Of a stretch of 64,000 nucleotides of DNA, positions 51,885 to 61,717 are shown piece after piece. The DNA comes from Bdellovibrionales bacterium (GTDB taxonomy: Bacteria; Bdellovibrionota; Bdellovibrionia; Bdellovibrionales; JAUICD01). A program made the position numbers and the translations under genes. Within the stretch, counting starts at the first letter, position 1, and each line of letters opens with the position of its first letter. The notes under the pieces are model-generated. The model saw only the letters and a program-made list of their open reading frames with translations. It was not told where the DNA came from and searched no databases. The DNA is taken from contig OZ241865.1 in the NCBI GenBank assembly GCA_965203275.1, positions 1 to 64,000 of the forward strand, written 5' to 3'.

Positions 51885-51956
51885 TTCCCTAAAATTGAAG
51901 TGGCCAGAGGTCCGTTTACTTTTAGTGAAAGAGAACCAGTGCAGTTTGAGTGAAAC
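51885..51956. repeat. Left-end fragments of the hairpin element abutting a stop codon
   Basis: TTCCCTAAAATTGAA then reverse TTTTAGTGAAA and TTTGAGTGAAAC. Confidence 0.8.
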
Positions 51957-51957
51957 A

Positions 51958-53958
51958 TTAAGGAAGTGATGCCGAGGAAGATATCCAGTCATCTAACCCT
52001 GTAAAATAAGTATAAAATTCTTGTTCTAATTGGGATTGGATATGAGGATCGTTTATTTTAATTTTTGTTTGAAATTTTTTTATCTGAAACACTTGTGTAT
52101 TTCTTAAAGCTTTCTTGTATTCTAAAAGATAAGAGCCTTTTCTATACCAATAGTAATGACTGTCTGAAAAAAGTGCTATACCTTCTTCATCATTTAATAA
52201 ATTTCTGCCTATAAAAGAATACCATCCCTCATAACCTATCATATAAAGAAGAGTCGAAGAAACATCTTGATGAGAACCCACTTTTGAAATCTCTCCTTTT
52301 TTTGTTAGCCCCCTTTGATCTAAAATAATCAAAGGGACTTGTAGAGATTGCAAGGTATTAGCTTGATATGTGATAGGATTCCATGATCTATGATCTCCCG
52401 TGAGAACTATGATAAGATTATCACCTAAAAGGGCAGAAATATCTTTAACAAAATTTTCTACAAGCCAATTCGTATAACATAATCCCTTTTGAAGATCTTG
52501 AGAATAAATAGATTGAGGATTAAGTTGACAAAACTCATCAAATGCAAATTGTTGAAATAGAGAATCTGAAGATGAGTTGATCACATCTCCAAAATGGAGT
52601 GAATTAAAAATCATCTTTACAAAAAGAGGCCCCTTCTGATGATGTCTTTGTATTTCATCTAAAGTACTACTGATCAGCTTTCTATCGTCTATTTGAATGA
52701 CTCCTCTTAAAGAATGAGAAGAAAAATATTTAGGTACAATCACTTTATCTCCACCATATTCTAAAAAGTAAGGCTCCATATTATATAAACCAGATCCTAC
52801 AGCTAACAAAGAGGTGTAACCCATTGGTTTAAGTAATTGCATGAGAGACTTTTTATTCAAACTATTGTCAGGTTGAAAATGATAACCATCAATCATGGGA
52901 AAACCCATGAGCAGAGAAAGAAGTGCATTGAAACTGCATTGCCAATGAAAATAAAAGTTTTTAAAGGATAAACCCTCCCGAGCCATTTGATTTAAATAAG
53001 GAAGAAACGAATCCTCCTCTGGAGTGCTTTCTAAAAATTTTGCAGAAAGAGAATCAATACTGACCAAAACAATATGAGGTTTTGTTTGAAGTTTTGTTTG
53101 AGGGTTTTTAAACTGTCTGACTATATTGTTCTCGTTTAAAAGTTCTGTGTGACGACTTTTTATAATATCTTGAAATGTTTCTGAAACATCAGGGTCAGTG
53201 TTGAGTCCTAAATTTATTTTATTACTAAGAAATAAATAGGAACTTAAGTTATAAAAAGCATTTTTAGCTACCACTTGATAGAAGGTTTTCTGAAAAGGAC
53301 GATGAATAATATCATTTAAAGTGATCAAAGGTTGTAAATAAATAAAACTAGTTAAAAAAAGTAACAAAACATGAAAAAAGGCGATTTGATAATATTGAGT
53401 ATTATTTAAGTGATGAATAAGTGGCTTTTTTAAAAAATAATGCCCAGAAATCAAATGGTAAAGTGTGACTAAGGAAATACTCCATCTTGTGAAAAAATAG
53501 GCAAATACAATAACTGAGGGAAGTAAAAAGATCACAAAAGGAAACTTATGATAAATAGATAAAAAAATAGGGATAGTAGAAGAGATATCTAAAAATTGTC
53601 CAAAGGCGTATGCATGAGTACGATCATAATAAATTTGAAAAAAAACAATATCTACAAAAGACAACATAATGAATAGAAAAATCACAAAGGTCATATAAGC
53701 AGTCTTAAGTCTGTGAAAAACAGATGATTTGAAAATAAATGATAAACAAGTTGGCATAAATAAAATAGATAAAACACTACTGTCTATCATCAAGCCAATG
53801 ATAAAAACTTTTAGAATTTGCCAGTCAAAAGGGATAAAGCTTCCATTAATAAATAAAAATAAGGCTCTTAGAAAAAATCCTAAAAAGAGAGTCAAAGCAA
53901 AGGTTGTTAGGATATTAGAAGATAAATCATCTTGTTTGCTCATAAGACTTTTGCTCAT
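51958..53958 (-). CDS. LTA synthase/sulfatase-family membrane protein
   Basis: Five N-terminal TMs; PHIVLVSIDS, LTGDH, VPLII, GSHQDV, GRNLL. Confidence 0.85.
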   Translation of the reverse strand: MSKSLMSKQDDLSSNILTTFALTLFLGFFLRALFLFINGSFIPFDWQILKVFIIGLMIDSSVLSILFMPTCLSFIFKSSVFHRLKTAYMTFVIFLFIMLSFVDIVFFQIYYDRTHAYAFGQFLDISSTIPIFLSIYHKFPFVIFLLPSVIVFAYFFTRWSISLVTLYHLISGHYFLKKPLIHHLNNTQYYQIAFFHVLLLFLTSFIYLQPLITLNDIIHRPFQKTFYQVVAKNAFYNLSSYLFLSNKINLGLNTDPDVSETFQDIIKSRHTELLNENNIVRQFKNPQTKLQTKPHIVLVSIDSLSAKFLESTPEEDSFLPYLNQMAREGLSFKNFYFHWQCSFNALLSLLMGFPMIDGYHFQPDNSLNKKSLMQLLKPMGYTSLLAVGSGLYNMEPYFLEYGGDKVIVPKYFSSHSLRGVIQIDDRKLISSTLDEIQRHHQKGPLFVKMIFNSLHFGDVINSSSDSLFQQFAFDEFCQLNPQSIYSQDLQKGLCYTNWLVENFVKDISALLGDNLIIVLTGDHRSWNPITYQANTLQSLQVPLIILDQRGLTKKGEISKVGSHQDVSSTLLYMIGYEGWYSFIGRNLLNDEEGIALFSDSHYYWYRKGSYLLEYKKALRNTQVFQIKKFQTKIKINDPHIQSQLEQEFYTYFTGLDDWISSSASLP

Positions 53959-54078
53959 AATGAGTTACCTTTTTGTTGGTAGTTTGTTTGTAGTTTTTGA
54001 AACTATAAGAATGTATTGAAATATATCCTATTTAAATGAGATAGAGTACAAATAAGATAATCTCTTGTCAAGGCTATT

Positions 54079-54361
54079 TGGACCTTTTATTATCTAATTT
54101 CGGTGATCTTCGTCTACCCGTACGTACCTCTCTCAGAGATACGTGAACTGTTTCCCTCAAAATTTCCCTTCCTTGAATATTCTATTTCTAATTTCTTACA
54201 TTCACCAGGTCAAGCCCCTTTCAGAGAACCGGAAGGTCAATTTTGAGGCGATCGGCTAGAATCTCAATGCATAACATCCTACATATATGCTCTTTGTTGT
54301 ATATATTATTCTCACTTCATTATCTGGACCTTTTATTATCTAATTTCGGTGATCTTCGTCT
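54079..54361 (+). repeat. Second repeat family: 37-bp direct repeat
   Basis: TGGACCTTTTATTATCTAATTTCGGTGATCTTCGTCT at 54079 and 54325; first 21 bp also at 20420. Confidence 0.8.
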
Positions 54362-54363
54362 TT

Positions 54364-55090
54364 TTCACTAAAAGTAAACTGACCTCTGGTCACTTTTGGG
54401 TAGCCAGCCCGACGGCTACCGCCGTCGATCAAAGGCTGGCAACCTCAAAAGTCCGTTTACTTTTAGTAGGGGAGGATCCTCTCGTCTCTTGACCACATGT
54501 TAAGGAAAAATTTCTTTCTTATACCTGTTGCCTGCAAAGGCTTTCGCCTTTGACAAAATGGTCATTGCCTCAAAAGCCTGACCACTTTTAGTAGGAAGGA
54601 TCCTCTCGTCTCTTTACACGATGTTAGGGAAAAAGTTCCTTTTGTTTCACTAAAAGTGGTCTAGCCTCTGTTTCACTCAAAGTGAACTGGCCTCTGGTCA
54701 CTTTCTGGTGATGACCACGATGGCTTTCGCCATCGATAAAATGGTCATCACCTAGAAAGATTGACCACTTTTAGTAGGGAGGAAACCTTCGTTTTTTAAC
54801 ACGATGTTAAGGAAAAAGAGTTCTTTCTGATGCCTGACTGCCGGATCCCAGATCCCGGATTGTTTCACTAAAAGTAAACTAGCCTCTGGCTACTTTTGGG
54901 CATTGCTCTGACAGCTATCGCTGTCTAAAAAGAGCAATGCCTCAAAAGTCCGTTTACTTTTAGTAAGGAGGATCCATTCATTTTCTGACACGATGTTAAG
55001 GAAACAAGATATTCAGCCCCGGGATCAGGCAATCCGGCAAGCAGGCATCCGGGTTCCGGGACCTGATCCCGGATACTGGATAAACACCAT
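54364..55090 (+). repeat. Hairpin-element cluster
   Basis: Units at 54364, 54672 and 54864 plus fragments and tails. Confidence 0.93.
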
Positions 55091-55287
55091 GTATAGTATA
55101 ATTTCAAAATCATTATTTAAAATACAAAGTAAGATTTTATAAAAGGTCTAGTACTCCAATGGAATAAAGCCGAAAAGGTACAATGTTTTTAGATAGATAA
55201 AGGCTTATAAAGAATTTAAGTTTTTAATTTTTACTTTTTTGAAGGCTTGACTTTATAAAAAAATAAGGGCATATTTAAATAGTTATT

Positions 55288-56496
55288 ATGCAAGGTAAAC
55301 CTCAATTAAGTGTCAAATGGATTGATCCGAAAGCTTTAGATATCATCAAACGGCTTCAAAAAAAAGGCTATCCAACATATTTTGTAGGAGGATGTGTTAG
55401 GGATTTGCTTTTAGGCATTGAACCTAAAGACTTTGATATTGTCACATCGGCTCATCCTCGCCAAATCTGCAATATTATTCCAAACAGTCATGTGATTGGT
55501 CGACGGTTTTGTTTAGTTTTAGTCAAAAGAGGACAGGATCAATTTGAAGTGTCAACATTTCGCAGAAATGCTTCTGAAAATCAGAATAAACCTGAAGGTC
55601 AATCAAAGATAATTTTGAGAGACAATCTCTTTGGAACACCTATTGAGGATGCAAACCGGAGAGATTTTACAATCAATGGTCTTTTTTATGATCCTTTCAA
55701 AGATCAGCTTATTGATCACTGTGATGGATTGAAGGATATTCGATCAAGAGTGATCCGTATGATTGGTGATCCTTATGTACGGATACCAGAAGATCCTATT
55801 CGTATTTTAAGATCTTTGCGTTTAGCTCATAAATTACAATTTTCCATTAATCCCATTTTGCGCAAGGCTATCTCTGCATTGTCTCAAGATATTGCTTTAT
55901 CTGCTTTGCCGAGGATGCGTGAGGAGATGCTTAAAATCTTAAGGCTACAAAATCCTATATTAGCTCTTCAAGAAATTTATGATCTACAAGTGATGAAATA
56001 TGCATGGCCTCAATTGCATCAAATTTTAGAATCTCAGCAATCAAGACATATTTTTTGGCATTATTTTCAATGTATTTCTGAAATGAAGCAACATGATCAA
56101 AATCAAAAAGCTTATAAAAATTCACAAAAGGCAAGCTCTTTAGAACTTTTTGCTTTACTCACTTTGAGTTTATTTGTGGCTCAAAATATTTATGATCCTC
56201 TCAAGGTTGTTCCTGCTGGTACTTATTTAGAGAACACAGAATTTAAGAGACCAATGAAAGAAGAATGGGGTATGTTTGGTTGGGAGATCACAGAAGTTTT
56301 AAGAGGTTTAGAAATTTTACCTTCACTGAAGGATAAATACAAAGTGTTTAAAAAGTGGCGAAAAACAAGGCAGAGAAATTTTTTAAGGCAAAAAGGTTTT
56401 GCTGTAGCACTTTATTTAGCTGCCGTAGAGCAGACAATACCTTATTGGGATATTTTGTCATGGACAAAAGCCTGTCAAAAATACTTATTAAAATAA
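55288..56496 (+). CDS. pcnB: Poly(A) polymerase I-like nucleotidyltransferase
   Basis: VGGCVRDLL, KDFDI, VIGRRF (PAP signature), RRDFTIN, EDPIRILR. Confidence 0.85.
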   Translation: MQGKPQLSVKWIDPKALDIIKRLQKKGYPTYFVGGCVRDLLLGIEPKDFDIVTSAHPRQICNIIPNSHVIGRRFCLVLVKRGQDQFEVSTFRRNASENQNKPEGQSKIILRDNLFGTPIEDANRRDFTINGLFYDPFKDQLIDHCDGLKDIRSRVIRMIGDPYVRIPEDPIRILRSLRLAHKLQFSINPILRKAISALSQDIALSALPRMREEMLKILRLQNPILALQEIYDLQVMKYAWPQLHQILESQQSRHIFWHYFQCISEMKQHDQNQKAYKNSQKASSLELFALLTLSLFVAQNIYDPLKVVPAGTYLENTEFKRPMKEEWGMFGWEITEVLRGLEILPSLKDKYKVFKKWRKTRQRNFLRQKGFAVALYLAAVEQTIPYWDILSWTKACQKYLLK

Positions 56497-56504
56497 GCGT
56501 TCAT

Positions 56505-56905
56505 TTCACTAAAAGTGGTCTAGCCTCTGTTTCCCTAAAATTGAACTAGCCTCTGGCTACTTTTGGGTAGCCAGCCCGACGACTTTCGTCGTCGATCAAA
56601 GGCTGGCTACCTCAAAAGCTTGTTCAATTTTAGGAAGAAGGATCTCCTTGTCTCTTAACACCATGTTAAGGAAACAAAATGCCTTTAAAATTATATTAAA
56701 AGAGCAATGTCTCAAAAGTCCGTTTACTTTTAGTAGGAAGAATCCTCTCGTCTCTTTACACGATGTTAAGGAAACAAATCTTTCTGATGCCTGACTGCCG
56801 GATCCCAGATCCCGGATTGGTTCACTAAAAGTAGCCAGAGGCTAGTTCAATTTTAGGGAAACAGAGGCATGGCTCATTTTGAGTGAAATGTTAAGGAAAA
56901 ATTCC
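56505..56905. repeat. Hairpin-element cluster
   Basis: Left end 8 bp after the pcnB stop; full unit at 56532. Confidence 0.93.
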
Positions 56906-57172
56906 TTCTATCAGTTTCCCTTCTTTGAATTTTTGATTTTATAACATCGTAATATCTAAAAAAACTTACTTAAGGATGTTCCTATTCGCTTTTTTTACTT
57001 AATTTTTAAAAAGTGCTTGACTTTGGCCACTAAATAAGATATATTTACAAAAATTATCAAGGTTTATTTCTAAAACATAGAAAAAGCCCTTTTAATCAAG
57101 GCTTTAACCTTGTATGTACTTTATTGTTATTGAACTTAAAAATTTAAACCAATTTAAAAGGAGTAACAAACA

Positions 57173-58066
57173 ATGAGAAATATATTTATATTTTTATTTT
57201 TGTCCATGGTTGTATGTCAAAATGTTGAAGGAACACAACTTTATTTTCATCGATCTGAACCTCTAAATATCCATACGGATTTAATACATGCTAGTAAAGA
57301 TGGCGATATAGAGGCTGTAAGGAAATATCTAGAACAAGGTGCTAACGTCAATTATCAAAGTCATTATGGCTGGACGGCTTTAATGTGGGCTGGTAAACAA
57401 GGCCATATAGAGGTTGTAAGGGCATTACTAGAGGCCGGATCTAACGTCGATCTTCAAGATAGAGATGACGCGACGGCTTTAATGTATACTAGTACTAGAG
57501 GCCATATAGAGATTGTAAGGGCATTGCTAGCGGCCGGTGCGGACGTCAATATTCAAAGAAAAATTGGCAGGCACTATTTTGGCAATAGGACTTTAAATGG
57601 CGGTACGGCTTTAACTAATGCTAGTCGTGGATGCCATATTGAAGCTGTAAGGGCATTGCTAGCGGCCGGTGCTAAGGTCAATATGCCAGACCAAAAAGGC
57701 AAGACGGCTTTATGGTTTGCTAATAGGAATGGCTGTGTTGATATTGTAAGGACATTGCTAGAGGCCGGAGCTAACGGCGATATGGCTTTAATTTATGCTA
57801 GTCGTGAGGGATTTTTGCAGTCTGTAATGGCATTGCTAGCGGCCGGTGCGGACGTCGATCTTCAAACATCTAATGGCTATACGGCTTTAATGTATGCTAG
57901 TTTTGAAGACCATATTGAGATTGTAAGGGCATTACTAGAGGCCGGAGCTAACGTCGATCTTGAAGACAAACTTGGATTTAGTATCTTAGACCATGAGAGA
58001 GTACTTTCAGAAGATGTGAAAAGGCTCTTAAGAGAGTCGACGTTCCAACACCCACCATTTCTTTAA
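57173..58066 (+). CDS. Secreted ankyrin-repeat protein
   Basis: Signal peptide; about seven TALMxA..GH.E.VRALL.AGA.V repeats. Confidence 0.95.
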   Translation: MRNIFIFLFLSMVVCQNVEGTQLYFHRSEPLNIHTDLIHASKDGDIEAVRKYLEQGANVNYQSHYGWTALMWAGKQGHIEVVRALLEAGSNVDLQDRDDATALMYTSTRGHIEIVRALLAAGADVNIQRKIGRHYFGNRTLNGGTALTNASRGCHIEAVRALLAAGAKVNMPDQKGKTALWFANRNGCVDIVRTLLEAGANGDMALIYASREGFLQSVMALLAAGADVDLQTSNGYTALMYASFEDHIEIVRALLEAGANVDLEDKLGFSILDHERVLSEDVKRLLRESTFQHPPFL

Positions 58067-58785
58067 TTTCAGAAGATGTGAAAAGACTCTTAAGAGAGGC
58101 GACACAATAACTATCTATTTAATAAGAATATACGGGCCGTAGCAATCGGCCTTTATGCTCTTTTCAAGCCGGTCTTTTTATAATTCACAAGGAAGTTTAT
58201 CATCCTATTTATCTGAAAAAAGGCTATAGAACTTAAATATATAAGTAGAATTTATCAAAATTGGCAGTTTGGTGATGCTATCACGCCCCCTGGCAGGCCC
58301 TAACTATAACCCGTGCTTATAAACTACTTTAGAACATCCTGACAATTATAATTGAAGTTTATATTCGTAGGCTTGTCTTCAATCTTTGACTCAATCTTGT
58401 TTAGCTTGCAATTTGTCAGACTCCAAAACATTAAAGGAATAAAAAAACATTTACAAACTTTCCAAACGTTCACTTTCTTTAAGAAATTCTTAGTATTTTT
58501 AAAATTCAAACTTAATCTCGATTTATTTTCTTTACTAAAACTCAAACTCACATTCAAATTCAGCTTCAAAGTTAATTTATCTTTTCTATCTAAAATCAAA
58601 ATATTCTTTACTCCTCATTAAGTAATCATTGTTAAAATGTATATTTCCCTCCGTAGGAGGTTATTTAACTCAAATTTATACACTTGTCAACAAAAAAATG
58701 AATTTTTCAAATAAAAAAAAGGACCACAAGTGGTCCCTTCCTAGTATCATGGAAAACTTCAATTTTCATATCCACTTAAGATTGC

Positions 58786-59112
58786 TTATCTTCTCGTAAG
58801 GACGTCAATAATCTTTTCTATATTCCCTTTTATTTCATTAATCTCATTCTTTAATTCATTAATATCTGCCTTGAGTTCCGTCCTTACGTTTTCAATCTTT
58901 GTAGGTATATGGTTGTTTACTTGCTTTTTAATGTCTTCCATGTCTTTTTTTGTAGAAATAGCTTGTTCCTTAACAAAATCCACTTCTGCTTTGATAGGTT
59001 TATTTAGAACATTATTTATCATAATTAAACTACCTACAACACTAAAAACGCCAATTATAAAGATACCTATAAGAATACCTATTATTGGTAGGGTTTCATA
59101 TACTAATTCCAT
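58786..59112 (-). CDS. N-terminal TM plus coiled-coil hypothetical protein
   Basis: AAGGA RBS, hydrophobic helix, heptad ELKADINELKNEINEIK. Confidence 0.75.
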   Translation of the reverse strand: MELVYETLPIIGILIGIFIIGVFSVVGSLIMINNVLNKPIKAEVDFVKEQAISTKKDMEDIKKQVNNHIPTKIENVRTELKADINELKNEINEIKGNIEKIIDVLTRR

Positions 59113-59624
59113 TATTTTTATCCTTTTTTAGTTTTTAGTTTTATTATTCATGCACCAATGTTCTTATTTGTCTTGCAAGTGGTGAGTTTAGGCATGGACT
59201 AGAATATCTATTGGTATATTTAATAAAGAAGTTGAGATTTCCAAATTCTGAGGATGTGTTGATTTAATATGCTCGACACTAGTCTGATTTATAAGACTGA
59301 AACGTCATGGAACAATTAAAGGGAAAAAATAAGTTATAAGCGTTCTCTCTAACTTATCAAACATTGATTGTTTAGTGCCATCGAATGTGACTTATCGAAT
59401 GTGACTTTAGGATAAGGCCATAGAATAAATGTCTCATTAGATAGAAAAAATACTAAAATAAACCTTATTTTCTTTTTCATACACTCACCATATATATATT
59501 CTTTTAAAAAATCAATAAAAGCTTTAACCCCCTGCATAAACTTATATTTATCTTATCATGTAGAACAAAGTATGTCAAACCATCTTGAAAATGAGGTCTT
59601 GATGAGCTTTAGCATTAAAAAAAC

Positions 59625-59910
59625 TAGCCGTTTGGTTCACTCAAAATGAGCCACACCGCTGGTGTGTTTTTTGATGTTGCCTGCAAAGGCTTTCGCCTTT
59701 GACAAAATAGGCAACATCTAAAAAATCCGCTCATTTTGAGTAGAGGAGGATATCCTCATCTCTTAACTACATGTTAAGGAAAAATTTCAGTTTTAGGGCC
59801 TGATGCCAGGTTACCGGATGCCTGATCCCGGATCCCGGATGAAAATCATGTTAAGGAAATAAGCTGTTTATCACGATGGCTACTGCCGTCGATCAAAAGC
59901 TGGCTATCTC
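59625..59910 (+). repeat. Hairpin element with tail
   Basis: Full unit at 59636. Confidence 0.93.
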
Positions 59911-59928
59911 TACCCCTTGTCAGAAAAC

Positions 59929-60579
59929 TTAAAGTAATTTCTTTAAAATTTTTAAAGATTCTACAGCACACAATCTTGGTCTATTACGACGGATGTACTC
60001 GTTATGAGTTAATCTTACTTGTGTATTACCTCTATATTCATATTTCATCATATTGTTTTCATACCGGCTTATTTTATTCTTTATAAATTCCTCCAGGGTC
60101 TTGTTGACATACCTATATTGAGTCTCATAATAATTATGATTGTCTTCTATTAAAGGTACTTGCCCTGCAAATGTATAATTATAATGATCTGCATTATAGT
60201 AATTTAATGGACCATCTAAATTAACCCCTTGCTTGACCATATCTCTTAACAAGAGAGCTGCAATATCATACTGTCTGAGTTCAATTGCTATAACCACTAA
60301 ATTTTTTGTATTAGAGTTTACTGTAGCTCCATCTCGTAATGCAGTTTGTACACCTTGAACACTTTTATTCATAAGTGCTATAAGTAATTTTTGTTCAGGA
60401 GTTAGTAACCTAGCATCATAAAATAAAGGCAAAGGAGCAACATTAGAAGAGTCTGTAAATTCTTCGCATGAAAGACTTGCAAATCTTTCTGATACTATAT
60501 CACCTAAGTATGCTCGCGATTGGGTTATAAATCCTAAACTCATAACACCCGCTATAACTAAATTGAGTAAAAATTTCAT
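59929..60579 (-). CDS. Secreted protein with degenerate ankyrin-like repeats
   Basis: GGAGG before ATG 60579; signal peptide; VQTALRDGATVN...IAIELRQYDIAALLL. Confidence 0.65.
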   Translation of the reverse strand: MKFLLNLVIAGVMSLGFITQSRAYLGDIVSERFASLSCEEFTDSSNVAPLPLFYDARLLTPEQKLLIALMNKSVQGVQTALRDGATVNSNTKNLVVIAIELRQYDIAALLLRDMVKQGVNLDGPLNYYNADHYNYTFAGQVPLIEDNHNYYETQYRYVNKTLEEFIKNKISRYENNMMKYEYRGNTQVRLTHNEYIRRNRPRLCAVESLKILKKLL

Positions 60580-60664
60580 AAAACACCTCCATTTTAATTG
60601 ATTAAACATTCTTATTATAATTAACTGACCATTAAAAAACTCTTAAAACACTTCCCTCTAAATA

Positions 60665-61473
60665 TCCGGAATCCGGCACCCCGCACCCCAGCATCCGAAG
60701 GAAATCTTGTTTCCTTAACATCATGTAAAGAGACAAGAGGATCCTTCTTACTCAAAGTAAACGGACTTTTGAGACGATGACCATTTTGTCAAAGGCGAAA
60801 GCCTTTGCGGTCATCGTCCAAAAGTGACCAGAGGCCAGTTCACTTTGAGTGAACCAGTGGCATTGCTCTTTTAATATAATCTTAAAGGCATTTTGTTCCC
60901 TTAACATCCTGTTAAGAAATGAAGGGATTCTCTCTACTAAAAGTGGTCAAGCTTTCTAGGTTGCCAGCATTTGAGAAGGCGAATAGCCTTCGGCTGGCAA
61001 CCAGAAAGTGACCAGAGGTCAGACCACTTTTAGTGAGCCAACAGCGTAAGCTGTCAGAGCAATGTCCAAAAGCAACCAGAGGTTGGTTTACTTTTAGTGC
61101 AAATCAAATGAGGCAATCAGCCTTTGATCGACGGCGTGAGCCGTCGGGCTAACTGCCATTAGAAGGACATTTTCCTTAACATGTAGTCAAAAAACGAAGA
61201 TATCCTCCCTACTCAAAATGCATAGATTTTTGAGGCAATGACCATTTTGCCAATGGCGAAAGCCATTGCGGTCATCGTCCAAAAGTGACCAGAGGCCAGT
61301 TCACTTTGAGTGAGCTAAAACATCTTGTTTCCTTAACATCATGTTAAGAAATGAGGACATCCTCCTTCCTAAAATTGAACAAGCTTTTGAGGCAATCAGC
61401 CTTTGATCGACGGCGATAGCCGTCGGGCTGATTGCCCAAAAGTAGCCAGAGGCTAGTTCAATTTTAGGGAAAC
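60665..61473 (-). repeat. Hairpin-element cluster (reverse)
   Basis: Four near-full reverse units and fragments. Confidence 0.93.
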
Positions 61474-61717
61474 ATAGGAAACCCTACCCCAACTTAAGTA
61501 TTGCGACAAGAAATAAATTTTTATAATGAACATAATTTCATCTTATAACCATTGACGATCTTAAAGTTTGAGAGGTTGATTTATGAAATTAGAAGACGTC
61601 TTAAGTCTATAATTACATATTTTAGAAAAAATTCAGTCATCATTTAAGGTTCAACAGCCGATGTGTTTTTAAGGTTATATGTAAACTCATAAAACAACTT
61701 AAGATATAGGATACATA

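Noticed and set aside
58324..58621. Overlapping opposite-strand ORFs of 91 and 89 aa
   Set aside because: Low-complexity AT-rich sequence with no recognisable motif. The minus ORF has a possible RBS but cannot be supported.
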